Source: Eledone cirrhosa (Eukaryota). From it: a stretch of DNA of 64,000 nt. A model generated the notes under the pieces. The model was not told where the DNA came from, searched no databases, and saw only the letters and a program-made list of their open reading frames with translations. Made by a program: the position numbers and the translations under genes. Shown here piece after piece: positions 13,280 to 28,193 of this stretch. The stretch spans positions 256,618,001 to 256,682,000 of the forward strand of contig OZ024740.1 of NCBI GenBank assembly GCA_964016885.1, read 5' to 3'. Position 1 is the stretch's first letter; each line of letters starts with the position of its first letter.

Positions 13280-14410
13280 CCTGTGGAGTCTTTTCTATGT
13301 TTAGATATTATTTTAATTTCTATGTTGTCTATATTACCGTTATGTGTTTATCTGGCGTGTTCGTATAATACTGAACCGTTTTTTTGTCCTTTTAGTTCCC
13401 CCCAGTGTTGGTCTATTCTTTCTCTTATACTTCGAGTTGTCTCACCTACGTATGTCGTTGTCATGTTTCTGCAAGTACCCTCTGTACATCTTATGCTATA
13501 GACTCCATTTCTAGTTTTTCAGTTTATCTGGGGTTCACTTTACATATAACACATTTCTTAGTACAGTGGGTTTTTTAAAGGGGTATGTTTTACTGATCAG
13601 GGATTTTATGGTAGTTCCTGGCTCTTTTACTTTAATCTCTAAGTGGGTCTTTCTTAGGGCCTTTCTACATTGGTTAGCTAATTTCTCCCCAGGGGTAGCA
13701 TCCACGAACATGACCCTCTGGTATCTCTGGTTGTCATACCATGAAGTGGCTTTCCCTATCTTATGTTTAGTCGTATCTAAGCTATTCCATGATTTGCTCC
13801 TGTATAATGGGCAAATTCCTTTCATGTCCATTTCTATGAGGATCTTATACTTCTCCGTGTCTCCTTTGTATACTCCTATTCTGTCTCTTTGGTTGTAGCT
13901 AGAGAACTGCATGCGGTTGATGAAGTGTTGGATGTGTCTTTCCATTTCAGTTGGGTCGCACATGCGGGACACATTCTTCATCACTCGTACCAAGTCTGCG
14001 ATCAGAATATTAAACTTAGCACTACTGGACATTGCTGAGTTTTTGAGTATCAGGTATTTGGAGGCCATGTGATTAGCATAGTGTGAGTGGAGAATTTGGG
14101 CCCTCTCGTCTATAGTGTTAATCCAGAGTTCCGTATCTAATACTGGTAGTCTATTGTTAGGGTATTTGGAAGGGTAGTCAACAGTTACGGTTATACTCTG
14201 GTGTATGGAGATTGTGCTATCTTCTAAATCATGTTTATTAGTACTCTCTTGTGGGGGTGTTCTTATTACTATATTAATATTGTCTACGTAAAGAGAGTAC
14301 ATGACGAGTTCTGTGGAGCTCTCTTCAAGTTCTTTGAGTCCCTTTTCCCACCATACCATAATGAGATTGGCAACATCACCAGGCGATATTAATATCTCTG
14401 GCGATGTATT
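13280..14410 (-). mobile_element. Penelope-like element fragment (Neptune/Nematis-like): RT C-terminus + GIY-YIG
   Basis: YVDN, TVDYPSKYPNNRLPVLD, SAMSSSAKFNIL, VMFVDATPG; downstream frame GVYSIRC...YVGETTRSIRERIDQH. Confidence 0.8.
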
Positions 14411-14643
14411 AGACACGGAATTTCTGGATTAACACTACGCCGCGTGCCTTCATGCGCACCGGACTGCCTGTCTGTCTTCCACGGCCACAATTGTTTAAAG
14501 TCCTCGTTAGGCGATAAGTCAAACCGAGAATGCCTTGTTGGAGACAACTAAGGGGTAGGAGGAACATTATACTATGAAAATAATTAAAAAAACAAGACAT
14601 ATACGAACGTACCCACACATGATGACACGCACGAACTCACATG

Positions 14644-14688
<45 letters not shown>

Positions 14689-14950
14689 AAGAATCGCTGC
14701 TTCTAAAACTAAAAAAAAACTCAATATCTGGACGCAGAAGTAAATATTTCGAAAAACGTTGCAACTGAAGGAAAACAGGAAGACATTCTCTGGCGATGAA
14801 TGGGGAACAAGCGAGATTAATTACGACGTTATGTGGAGCGATGAGAGCAATTTCTTGCAAAGACAAAAGCACGTTTATGGTATAAATAAAGTAATTAGAC
14901 TAATATTCTATTTAGAATAACCGAATGATTTCCAGCTCCGGAGTTTAAGA

Positions 14951-15140
14951 ATAATTGTTTCTACTTTTGGCACAAAGCCAGCAATTATTCCAGTGTATTA
15001 CTGGTACTTTATTTTATCAACCCTGTAAGTATGTAAGGCAAACTTAACCTCGGTGGGATTTGAACTCAGATCATAAAGAGGCGTAACTCTATACTGCAAA
15101 GCATGGCGTCCGACCCTCTACCGATACTGCCAATCCAACG
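14951..15140 (-). mobile_element. tRNA-derived SINE with 19-bp target-site duplication
   Basis: A/B boxes on minus strand; TCCGGAGTTTAAG(A/T)ATAAT at 14937-14955 and 15141-15159. Confidence 0.85.
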
Positions 15141-15204
15141 TCCGGAGTTTAAGTATAATGTAAATAAAATTATTGAACAAAAATGACAGAGGTTATTAAA
15201 AGGA

Positions 15205-15322
15205 AATAATTGTTTCTACTTTTGGCATAGAGCCAGCAAATACCCAGTACATAACTGGTACTTTATTTTATCGACCCTGTAAGGATTAAAGGCAAAGTTA
15301 ACCTCGGCGAGATTTGAACTCA
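15205..15322 (-). mobile_element. 5'-truncated SINE copy
   Basis: Same central domain and tail. Confidence 0.75.
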
Positions 15323-15439
15323 ATGGTGAGAACATTAAAATATAGTTAAGATTTAGGCCGGTGCATAAGTATGCGCCAACGCATACATACACATACATAC
15401 GCACACGCAAATATATATATAAATATATATATATATGCC

Positions 15440-15492
15440 AAGGGCGGTGCCCCAGCATGGCCTCAGCCGGATGGTTGAAACAGGTAAAAGAG

Positions 15493-15496
<4 letters not shown>
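15440..15496 (+). mobile_element. short SINE/LINE 3'-end fragment
   Basis: AGGGCGGTGCCCCAGCATGGCCTCAGCCGGATGG.TGAAACAGGTAAAAGAGTA; near-identical copy at 42471-42531; both sit in (TA)n. Confidence 0.7.
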
Positions 15497-15535
<39 letters not shown>

Positions 15536-15689
15536 ATATATATATATATATAAACGACAGGATCTGCCAGGTTCAACCCAACGACTTTCAATGATTGCTC
15601 TTGAGATTTATTGATGGTCATAGCAAAACTGAGTCTGAGACATATATATGTTTCTAACTTAAGTATAAATGATAAACACACACACAAAC

Positions 15690-16730
15690 ACACACACTTG
15701 TCTCTAATTTAAGAACGCCGTTAAACGCTTTTATTCTCATTTGTAGCTTAGGTGTGGTCGAGTACAATAGTTTATACGAATTAAATATCTGGTGGAATTT
15801 AGAAGAATTTGGATGGTAAATGGCTCTTGGTTTGGGCGCAGTATGAAGGATTATACCAGGAAATTCTACGTTTGTCATTTCGGTTTTTTCCTGGAGATGT
15901 AGGGTGTGTTATGTCATGTTTAGGTGTTGTCATCTTCATTGTTAGTGTTGGTGGGCCTCGGTTTGTTTTTTTAGCGATCGTGGGTCCTTAGTGTCATCTT
16001 TATTGTTGTACCTAATGGTTAGATGATTGTTATTTTTAGGTGTTTTATGATTGTTTGTAGGTTCTGTGATATGATGAGGTTTTGGTTTCTAATCCTTTCT
16101 ATGTTGTTCGGTAAACTAGAGTGGTTAGAGTTCTTAATTTTTGTTTGTTTCAGGTGTGTGGCTGATGAGTTTGTTCTGAGGGTGGAGGGTGTCATTGTCC
16201 GTTTGGTTTTTCTGAGGTTCTTATGGTAAGTTCGAATTTGCTAATGATATTATCCGTAGGACGTGCGGTCGCGTAGTCAGTAGGATCTGTAATGGAGGAG
16301 TTTGGTCTGGTGTTACTAGGTATGTATGCTATATTATCGGTATAGCCACTTCTTTTGAGGTCCCCGTTGTAGTAATCCGCGTTTTCCAAGAAGATTTATT
16401 CAGTTGCTGATAGTTTAAAGATATCAGCATATTGGTAAACGATAGTTTAAAGATATGGTTTACCAAAACATTAATAATGAATCTGGGCTGATTTGAGTTC
16501 CGGTGGACATAGTGGAGGTTCTCGATTGATTTGTGGTATGGGCGGCATAGACCTGTGGATAAGTCAAATGTTATATCCAGGAAGTTTACTTTCCTTGTAT
16601 TGGTTTCGAATCCTCTAATTTGCTTTCAGCGTCTCTCTAAAGCTGAATGATTGAGGTTTGTTACAGTGGGAAGACAATCATTTCGGTATAATCCTCGTTC
16701 AGTGTTGGGATGATTTTGTTTAATTTTGAA
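15690..16730 (-). mobile_element. decayed Penelope-like fragment related to the 7380 element
   Basis: Minus frames NFLDITFDLSTGLCRPYHK, YVHRNSNQP, YYNGDLKRSGY and IILHTAPKPRAI parallel the 8490-9170 segments. Confidence 0.65.
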
Positions 16731-17146
16731 CATAGTTACAATTCGAGACTAGAAATATGTAGTAACTGAACCACTACCATGATAGTCGGTACATCGATCT
16801 CCACCGATCAATCCTCTGAAACGATCGTAAAACAATGAACTAACCATCTAACTACGCCTGACTTCTGTTTTTTATTGTTCTATGAACAAACACATATATG
16901 TAAATGACTCTATAACCAGGACGTATTTTCTCCGAGGACACATTAAGCAAAAACTAATAGTCACACTGCCGAATCTCGCTGCATCCATCTTTCCAATATA
17001 ATAAGTTGACAGAACTTGGATAGGTATCACTGCTAGGACCGGTTGCATCTCAGCGTACTCAATAGGTAATGTTAAATAAACTCCCAGGCTATACACATAG
17101 TTATTCGCTTCAATACAACACACGTAAATGGGTACCTTCAATCATT

Positions 17147-17254
17147 CCCAAACTCGAGTTTCGGCCACACTTAATGCAGCACTAGAGTGTACAGAGTCTC
17201 TGTCCTCATATTATGCAACAATGCACAATCGGCGCATGTGGCTTCATCAGCAGG
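17147..17254 (-). ncRNA. type I hammerhead motif with extended stem II (family B), GUU site
   Basis: CCTG-CTGATGA-AGCCAC...GTGGCC-GAAAC TCGA GTT-TGGG. Confidence 0.75.
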
Positions 17255-17271
17255 TTTCGCATATTCAATAA

Positions 17272-17329
<58 letters not shown>

Positions 17330-17368
17330 ATATTAAATAAATAGAAACTATATTTATAAAATCATATT

Positions 17369-17429
17369 TATTCTATTATATATATTTCAAGGGTACCAAA
17401 TCTTCGGTACGTTCTCATCAGATAAAATA
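17369..17429 (-). ncRNA. type I hammerhead motif (family A), AUA site
   Basis: TATTTTAT-CTGATGA-GAACGTACC...GGTACCCTT-GAAA-T-ATAT-A-TA-ATAGAATA. Confidence 0.65.
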
Positions 17430-17606
17430 TAAAGTTTGTTTTATAAATAATTGAGATAACCAGGAAGAAGAAGTTAACAGTTCAAGTTTTTGCTGGATAG
17501 TTTTAATAACATTGAATATTATACTCCAGAAAACTTGTCGAGTGCTTTGAATCAGTTATAAACATTTATATTTGTTGAATTACCAACAAATTGAATATCC
17601 CTTTTG

Positions 17607-17696
<90 letters not shown>

Positions 17697-17700
<4 letters not shown>

Positions 17701-20700
17701 TGTATATTTGTCTCAGACCAGGCTGCTCCTTGACAGTGTAATTAGGGGCTCTAACCCTAGTGCTGTTAGATCGACTCTCCATATTTCTTTTCAAATGGCT
17801 GACAATACCTTACCGGCGCCACTCGAATAAGGTAGTTATTTAACCCATAAATGGAGCCCTAACAGGTACTACCACCCGGGCCAGAGCAGACCAAAATGGG
17901 CACTTTGAATGTGAGGACTATTCGGACGCTGGAGAAGAGAGAGGAGTTGGGACATCTGTTTGAGGAGAGTGGTATACAGATACATGCGATCCAAGAACAC
18001 AGGATCCTACACGATGAGCCCGTGAGGAGTGTGATGATCGGGAAGAGGAGCCAGCTCATCACTACATCGGCAGTGAAGAACACAACAAATGCTGCAGTAG
18101 GAGGAGTGGGTTTTGTGTTCAGTGCAGGAACCAATCTGTTGGTGAGGGAAATAATGCCTATCTCCCCGCGAGTGTTGAGGGTGACCTTCAATGGAAACCC
18201 AAGACTGACAGTCATCTCAGCCTATAGTCCAACCGAGGGGGACAGTGATGTGAGTGCGGAAGAGTTCCATGAGGAGGTATGTAGAGCTGTCAACACCACT
18301 CAGGCACACAATATCCTGCTTGTTTTGGGGGACTTCAATGCACATCTGAGTAAGGAGGGCAGTGAAGATCCTTTCTGGTACTTCCATAACAACACCAACC
18401 GAAATGGAAGACTACTGACAGACACCCTGCTGGAGACGAACTTGATGGCGACCAACCTAAGGTTTAGGAAGAATTTGGGGAAGATGTGGACCTACATCTC
18501 AGATGTTCACCTGTCCAAGTCCCAGATTGATTTCATTCTGGTGAGGAAAAAGTGGCGGAATAGTGTTCTGAACACAGAACCATACAGTTATTTCAGTACA
18601 CTGGGTAGTGACCACCGGCTTGTTATGAGTGAGGTCCGGGTGAGCTTAAGAAAGAGCAAGGCTCGGCCCCGGAGAGCAATCTATGACTGGGGAGCTTTCA
18701 AGGAAGATGATAAGCTACAGGAGAGGTTCACAGTGGAAGTGAGAAACAGGTTTAGTGCTCTGTGTGGAGAGTCAGAGGAGAGAGAGATTGGATGGACTGA
18801 GGAGAATTTGACGAGGAGATACGGGCACTTCACCAATGCAGTGGCGGAAGAAGTGAAACCCTGGTGCCGAGGAAAAAGAACAAAAGGAAGCACGTCAGCT
18901 CTGCAAACCCAAAAGTCTATGCAGCCAGAGAACCACCTAAATGCTGCCAAGGACCAATTCTATGCTGATCCTACGGAGGAGAGGATGGAGACTTTGGAGG
19001 TGATGAGGGAAGAACGCTGTACCGCTTACACTGAGGTCAGAGAGGAGGCACTGATAGAGAAGATCAGAAGTGTGGAGAGAGCGGTTGACAGATCTGGATG
19101 TAATCATCAACGAGATCACAGGGAGGAAGAGAAGGTGTTCGAGTCAGATCCAGGGAACGGTGCCCGAGGATAGGAAGAGGAAATGACTAGACCATTTTAG
19201 GACCCTACTAGGAGTGCCACCCTCCACAGCCCAGAGCACTGGGGAGATCAGGCGGCTGTTTGAGGAACTGGATGTTGAGACAGAGCCCTTCACCAGAGAG
19301 GAGCTTCAGAAAGCCAAGAGGAGGATCAAGGAGGGCAAGGCTCATGGAGAAGATGGAGTGGCATCAGAGGTGATGAAGAGGTGTGATTTTGATGATATCA
19401 TCCTGGGGTTCTGTAACGGGACACTGGAGAAAGGAGTTGCCCTGAATCAGTGGAGGATCAGTAACATCGTCCCAGTGCCAAAGAAGGGAGATCTCTCTAA
19501 CACCAACAACTACAGGGGGATCTCACTGACGTCACTTGTGGCAAATACCCTCAACAGGATGATTCTTAACAGGATCCAGCCTGAGATGGAGAAGAAGCTC
19601 AGGGACAACCAGAACGGCTTCAGAGAGGGTAGATCAACCACCAGTCACATCCTGATGCTGAGGAGGATATTAGAGGGAGCTAGAGCAAAGTGCCTTCCTG
19701 CGGTCATGGTTTTCATTGACTTTAGGAAGGCCTTTGATTCTGTGGACCGTTACTGCCTGATGAAGATCTTACAGGCTTATGGAATCCCCAAGAGGATAGT
19801 GGACCTGATATCACTGCTCTACACCAACACCAAAGCCCAAGTCATTACACCTGATGGGATGACAGAGTTCTTTGAGATACTGGTTGGAGTGCTCCAGGGA
19901 GATACATTGGCTCCCTACCTTTTTATCATCGTAGTGGACTATTGTATGCGCCTTGCACTGGAGAAACACCAGGAATCTGGCTTTACTGTAGCACCGGCTC
20001 AGAGCAGGAGAGTTAGGGCGACAAAGGTATCGGATGCTGAATTTTCCGACGACATAGTTTTGGTGACAAATACAGTGAAGGAGGCAGAGGATTTGATGCG
20101 GGAGGTTGAGACTGTGTCGATGACTGTGGGGCTGAGAATGAATGAGACAAAAACAAAATATCTGGTAGAGAATGTTGAGAAGCCAGAGGGGATCACTAAT
20201 GTAGGCGGGAAGCCGCTAGAATTGGTTGAGGGCTTCCTGTATTTGGGAGCAAAGATTGGGAATAGGAAGATGATGTGGTTGAGAGGAAGAGCAAGGCCTG
20301 GGCGGCGTGCCACAGCTTCAGATCGGTGTCGAAGTCGGACCTTCGTAGAGACCTGAAAGTCCGCTTCTTCATTGCTGTAGTAGAGTCTGTGCTGCTGTAT
20401 GGGTCTGGGACTTGGACACTGACCAAGAAACTCACTCAGATGGTGGATGGGTGCTACACGAGAATGTTGAGGATGGCTCTGAACATTAATCAGTATACAC
20501 TGAGGATGAAAAACTCAGAGCTGTATGGGAGCATCCCAAAAGTCAGCTCAAAAGTGACACAGAGGAGACTGAGGTTAGCTGGACATGCTCACCGACATCC
20601 AGAGTTGACATTGCACTCAGTGCTCGTTTGGGAGCCCCTACCTGGACACACTAGAAGAGGATGACCAAGGTTAACGTATGTTGATGCCCTAAGGACAGAC

Positions 20701-20800
20701 ACTGGTCTGTTGGAGACGCAGGACATGGCAGCGATAATGAGGGACAGAGACCGCTGGAGAGAACTCGTCCATGGATCTCGGGAATTTTACCCGCCTTAGA
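17697..20800 (+). mobile_element. near full-length RTE-clade LINE (APE + RT), frameshifted, inserted in (TA)n
   Basis: GTLNVRT, IQEHR, SAYSPT, LGDFNAH, SQIDFIL, SDHRLV; NYRGISL, FIDFRKAFDSV, GVLQGDTLAPYLF, FSDD; single-ORF organisation; (TA)n on both sides. Confidence 0.92.
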
Positions 20801-21304
20801 ATATATATATATATATATATATACATATATATATGTGTGTGTGTGTGTATACATATTTATGTTGTGTGGTTCACCTATAAATAGAACTGGTCATTCCGTT
20901 TAGTTAACCACATGTAATACGTTGTGCAACTCATCCATCGTTGCTGTTGTATCCCATGACAGATGCTGGAACAGAGTTAAATATTTATTCAATTAAAACA
21001 ACAGAAGGCCAGACTGGAGAATTCATTTTAAAGTTTTATTGTTTTATGTATTTCAATGGCCTTGTTACGTAAGACGCTGGCGACATCATCAGCTGCAGAT
21101 TGAATGAATAGTTAATCAATAAAAGGAATAACAAACAGAGAAGAGAGTATATTTGGTTCAGAGATGGCCCGCAAATTTGATGTTATTATTACGTAATTAG
21201 TCGATTCAAACATACATAGTGTTTTTGCAACAATAAAACTTTAAAAGGATATCTCCAGTCCGGAATTCTGTTGTTTTAATTGAATATATAATATATATAT
21301 GAAC

Positions 21305-23300
21305 GGACGTCGAGTGGTTCGTGTGGCGCACCAAGTTAAAGGCACACTTTCATAACATTCCACCGGCTCCGGACGCCCCAGATCTCTTCCTCGCTCTGGG
21401 CCGACGACCATCATATTGGACCCCGACACCCGGACAGTTCAGCACACTGGACGCCTTTGTCGATGCCTGCAGCAGCGCAGTAAACCGCTTCGACTTCCGC
21501 CACCGCTCCAAACGGAGTTACATCACTCGGGCTGATCTCCTCGCTCTCCGCTCTCTCTGTAACCGTGATGACATCGTCATCAAACCGGCGGACAAGTGAG
21601 GCGAAGTGATGGTGTGGCGCGCTGACCTCAACATGGCTGAGGCCCTCAGGCAGCTCCGCAAACCCCTCCTCAACCACCTTCCACTCTCTGACTCCCGCAC
21701 TACAAGCAACAAGTTTCCTCCACTATCCAACACCTCGTCTCCTCCTCCCTCCTACCGCCTCCCGCATCATCGCCCGTACCCCCGCACCCAGCACCCCGAC
21801 CATCTAATTCCTTCCCCAAAATCTACAAACCCGACCCCCCGGCCGCCCCATCGTCTGCGCCTGCAACTTCCCTACAGAACTCATCTCTGCTTTCCTCAAC
21901 TCCATCCACACCCCCTCGTCACCTCCGCCTTTCGACACCTTCACCTTCCCACCCGGCCCATCTACTCTCCTCTTGTCCTTAGACATAAAATCTCTTCACA
22001 CCGTCATCCCCCACTCCGACGGCCTACGCGCCTACCAACACTACCTTGATATTCGCCCCTCCCCCATCACCTCCATCTCCACCGTCCTCCGCTTCGCTGA
22101 GCTCATCTTCACCCTTAACTGCTTCTCCTCCGGGGAACTTTACCAACAAGTCACTTGGGTAGCCATAGGCACAAGAATGGGCCCCAAATACGCCAACCTT
22201 TGCGTTGGCCACGTTGATGCCCAGGTCTTTGCCCAGTACACTGGTCCCACCCCCGTACTATCCGGTCATTATATTGACGACTGTACCGGTGCCACGTCTC
22301 TCACCCGAGAAAAGCTCGACTCCTTTCTTTCTTTCCTCTGCTCCTTCCATCCCTCCCTCCACTTCCATCTCCCCCCACACCCGTCCAATTCTTTGACATC
22401 TCTGTCGCCATCGACCACTCCCACTACTCACTCATCACCTCCGCTTTCTTCAAACCCACTCCTACCTTGATTTTACCTCCTTCTACCCCTCTCACACCAA
22501 ACACTCCATTCTCTATTCCCAATTCCCAATGGATCCGCCGCTTTTGCAAGCAGAGATGCAGACATTGAGTCCCAGGCCCTTTCTCTGGTCCATCATTTCA
22601 CCCGGAGAGGTTAATCCCCTCTCCTGTTTACTCGGCCTTCACCCGTGCCTGTGCCATCCATCGCACCACCGCCCTTACCCCAAGCTCTCGCCTTCATCAA
22701 TCTTCTCCCTTTCCCCCACACCTACCACGCCGCCACCCTACCCCTCCAAAGAACCATCTTTCACCTCTTCCGACGCCTCCAGTCAGACACCCCACCTTCC
22801 CCATCATCTTCCCACTCCCACCCTCCACATTTTAAACACGCACGTGACCTCCGCAACCTTCTCGTCCATAGCTCCCTACCCCGCAACCCACGTCCCTCCA
22901 CCGGATTCCTTCCCTGCTCCTGACCCCGTTGCCATACATGCTCCCACATCACCAACACCACTACCTTACAAGATCCAACGGCCACTAGCTCCTTGTCCGG
23001 AATTCCTTTCTCTGCACCGTCTCCAGCCTCGTCTACGGACTCCGCTGGACGGAGTCCGGCACGACCTCTGTCAGACAGCCAGGCCGCCGTCTGGCCAACC
23101 GGTTCACCGAGCACTTCCACGACATCCGCCTCGCTTCGTGTACCTCATCGCGCGACTCTTCTGCTCAGCCAAACACTCCACCCACAACTTGACCGTCTAC
23201 GGCCTGATTGCGTGCCCTGGAATCCACGATGCTCGACTTAGGATTGAACAAGGCGCCATCTTCCAATTACATACATGCACCCCCACCTCCGCGGTTTGAA
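21305..23300 (+). mobile_element. decayed C-rich Penelope-like element (Poseidon-like)
   Basis: IVIKPADK, PGRPIV, SLDIKSLHT, YQQVTWVAIGTRMGPKYANL, HYIDD; degenerate GIY-YIG region (RLANRFTEH). Confidence 0.8.
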
Positions 23301-23968
23301 CTTCACAACCCTCTTCCTTTAGTCCCCCGACTGATTCCCCCTACCCGTACTCTCCCCTACTACCAGCACTAACCTCTACCCACACACACCCACACTTCAC
23401 CACCCCACTAACATTACTAAAGAAAAACCCAGCACCACCCTTTCCTTCTCCCTTACCAGCCTTCACAAAAACACACATGTACTTACACACTAAACACACA
23501 TACACACACACCAGTATATACACTCACTCACACACCAACCATTACCTCCTCACATGTCCATTACGCGTTCTACACACACATACACATAACTCCACACACA
23601 CATGCCACTCTCACCCACACACACCTGCCTACACAGCTACTACCCTCACACACACATAGTAGTACTACTACCACTCTCACCCACCAAGTTCTGTTCTGCC
23701 GGCAACACCTCCTCCCCTTCCTCTCACACATTGCCCTGCTATTATCATCCTCTCCATCCTCTCCTCCCACTCCTTCGACTTGACCATTTCCGGTTGCACA
23801 CGCCGCACTGCCATTTCACTTCGTCATCGCCATTCTCTTCTAACTGAACTCTGAATTTACCTCACATGGAATCCACCAGTTGTACCTCCGGATCTTTACC
23901 ATCCACACACATACACACACACACCACCCCAACACACACACAATGGTTTTTCAAAACCCATATTCACA

Positions 23969-24370
23969 TTGCCAGAATTAATAACAGAACACACTCACTG
24001 TTTGGTTGGTTTTCGCTTCTGTGTCCTTTATATCGGTTAATTTAATTTATTCGGTCCTCAATGTTACCATAAATAAAGATGGCGTAGACATACAATGCAA
24101 CGGGAGGAAACATAATAGCACCACTGACGATGTTGCAGATGTGTAACGAAAGAACTTTGTTAGACTATATATATGTGTTTGTGTCTATATTGTATGTGTA
24201 TTTTTGACCGTTGGTCAGTCAATGGTAACATTGAGGACCGAATAAATTAAATAAATCGATATAAAGGACACAGAAGCGAAAACCAACCAAACAGTGAGTG
24301 TGTTCTGTTATTAATTCTGGCAATATTATTACACAAATATGACCTTCCCCAAGTATAACAATACATATAT
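23969..24370. mobile_element. family C pLTR-like module with a ~102-bp inverted duplication
   Basis: 23969-24070 is the near-perfect reverse complement of 24222-24323; spacer carries CTGACGA-TGTTGCAGATGTGTAAC-GAAA. Confidence 0.75.
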
Positions 24371-24472
24371 ACACACATATATATTGTATGATTAAAAAAA
24401 GGCATACATGCATAGCCTTTTATATATATATGTATTTATGTATGTACGTATGTGTGTATGATGTATGTATGC

Positions 24473-24518
<46 letters not shown>

Positions 24519-24828
24519 AAAAGGTAAACAGAAATAACAACACAATCGGTACAGTATATGGAAGGGATTGTGTATGTATGTAAATACGCACACACACACC
24601 ACCACACAAACTCACCCCTATACGCTCACACGTATCAATGGAATTCCCATCTGCTATGTCATATTTTGTAATATTTCTAGAAATTCCTGCAGATAATCTG
24701 AGATGAAATGATAAGGACGTTCTTTCAAATATTTCATTATTTCAAACTTATTTCTACTACTTTTTTTTTACCTCCTTTTACTCATCTTATCGAAATTATG
24801 TCTTCAGAGTGTGTTTAGTATATGTATG

Positions 24829-24867
<39 letters not shown>

Positions 24868-25035
24868 AGCCCCTACATGGACACACTGGAAGAAGAACAC
24901 CAAGGTTAACGTATGTTGATGCCATAAGGACAGACATTGGTCTGTTGGAGGCGCAGGACATGGCAGCGATAATGAGGGACAGAGACCGCTGGAGAGAACT
25001 CGTCCACAGATCTCGGGAATTTTACCCGCCCTAGA
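24868..25035 (+). mobile_element. RTE 3' fragment (5'-truncated)
   Basis: Matches 20633-20800; flanked by (TA)n. Confidence 0.9.
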
Positions 25036-25052
25036 TATATATATATACCTGT

Positions 25053-25133
<81 letters not shown>

Positions 25134-25357
25134 CCTGTGTGTGAGTGTATCAATATATACGTATGGATATGTATAAATAGATAAATATATATATATATAT
25201 ATCCAGGGTGTGTAACTTCGAGTTACTGTAGGTTCACCCGAATCAGCACTCGATGTTTAGGTTCACTTTAGTGTTGAGGTGAAGAGCTAGGCAGAGTGTA
25301 TAAACGTGAAATAAAATAACAAGGAAGATTGGTTACTCCTTCATTACGTTTATTGGT

Positions 25358-25444
25358 TGGTGACGCGTGTTTCGCTACTGATCAGCTCAAGGTTCGATCT
25401 GTATCGATCCATCCCGACTCTGTAATACGCGGCTCGTCAGACCA
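25358..25444 (-). ncRNA. type I hammerhead motif with long stem-loop II, GUC site
   Basis: TGGT-CTGACGA-G...C-GAAAC ACGC GTC-ACCA, AATAAA just downstream. Confidence 0.75.
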
Positions 25445-26988
25445 CTTACAATGGTAATGGAAGAAATATATATATACATGAAAAATTAGCGACCCCAACG
25501 ACTGAGCTCTTGCCGTCTCAACAGCTATTTCCAGACAGAATAGCAGATGCGTTGGTGGTAGAAAAAAAACTGTTTTATCAGGAAGTATCGTTTAGTCCAA
25601 ATAAGGGCATTCATTGTTTATCCAATTGTAAAGAATCTTTACGAAAGTACCTGGTTTTTTTTAGGAAGTGGCTGTGTGTATTTGGCTTTAGTGATTGGTT
25701 AAACGTATGTTTGCGGTCAAATGTCGCCATTCTGACCTATCTAGATAAAATAATGGTGGAAAGGGCCGAAATCTATTTATCGAGAAGGTATATAACGGTT
25801 AGTGTGTGTGTATAACTACCTCAGACAAGCTTTCGTGACCTTCAGACGCTTATATTATAGTATTGGCGTCGATTACATATCAAAGAATCGGAGCAGTTGA
25901 CAAAGGATTGTACCCGTTGACAGAAAGGTGATTTATCAGCAATGAGCCGGCCAATTGTCAATCCAGCACGGCACACACGCAACCGAAGACAACAATATAC
26001 ACATCAAGATGTATATATATATATATATATATAGAACTGTTTCACTTAAAAGAAATCATTGAAACGGCAAGAGATCAGCCGTCGGGGTCCCGACTGTTTA
26101 TAATATATATATATATATATATAGATAGATATTAGTGTATGTTTGTATGTATGTATCCTGGTGATCCAGACAATATAACTGCGCAGCTCACGTGTTTGGT
26201 GTCTGGAAAGGCATCCATCCATAGAAAACTTGCCAAACAAGGGGTTAGGAGGACTCTTCCCGATAGGTGTGCTGGTAGTGGTTGGGAGGGTGGGTGAGGG
26301 ATATACGACGCCAGAAGTTTCCACCGTTACATTTTCGACAATAAACTTATCGAAGGGCAGCCGCTTCTTTGGCAAATAGCCATTTTCAGCATTTCGGGCA
26401 ATAGAAGCTGGGGCTGTCGCTGAATTCAGGTTGCTACTGGAAAAATATTTCTCTGCATATCCCGTTTCAGACAAGAAGAGATTTGCCAGCGCGTGGCGGG
26501 AAGATTGTGGTACGACATTATAGCCAATATATAGAGTTCACCCTAGTTGGCATTGCATGGATAGGTGTTAAGCGGAAAATTAACAATATAGAATATGTGG
26601 TCAGGTGAAATGTGCACGAATATGATTATATGAATTCTGATGTTTTTCTCGATGAATTCCCAGAGCTGTTTGAACGACGGTTTAAAGAATTCGTTCACTC
26701 TAAATTCAAATCTCGCCGAAATTAAATTCACCTTTCATTCTGTCGAGGAGATGATAAATATATTATTTGTGTAGGGCAGGATTCGAGCGGAGTACAACAC
26801 AAACACGTCTAACACTCACATTCTGGGGACGGTAGTTTCAATCCCAAAACAAATGGTTGTGCTGCGGGCGTACGTTGCTCTGAGGCAACCAAGAGGCTGG
26901 TTTCTCATATGCATACATGTATGTATGCATATTTTCGCATCCCGATGCGCATGTGAATGTATGAATAAAAACAAACACACACATGCAT

Positions 26989-27102
<114 letters not shown>

Positions 27103-27284
27103 GCAAGAGCAAGAATGAGGGGCTCATTCTACTGACATGGCTTAAAAGAGGCAGTTTTTATAATTGTAAACGAATCGAATATTATTATTAATATTTGAAA
27201 AATTATTCGAAAGATTATATTTATTTTATTCAGCCATATAGAGCGATAACTATTTGTTATATATATATATATATATATATATAT

Positions 27285-28193
<909 letters not shown>

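Noticed and set aside
17697-17830. HDV-like ribozyme in the RTE 5' UTR
   Set aside because: A hairpin is present, but I could not build the nested double pseudoknot by eye
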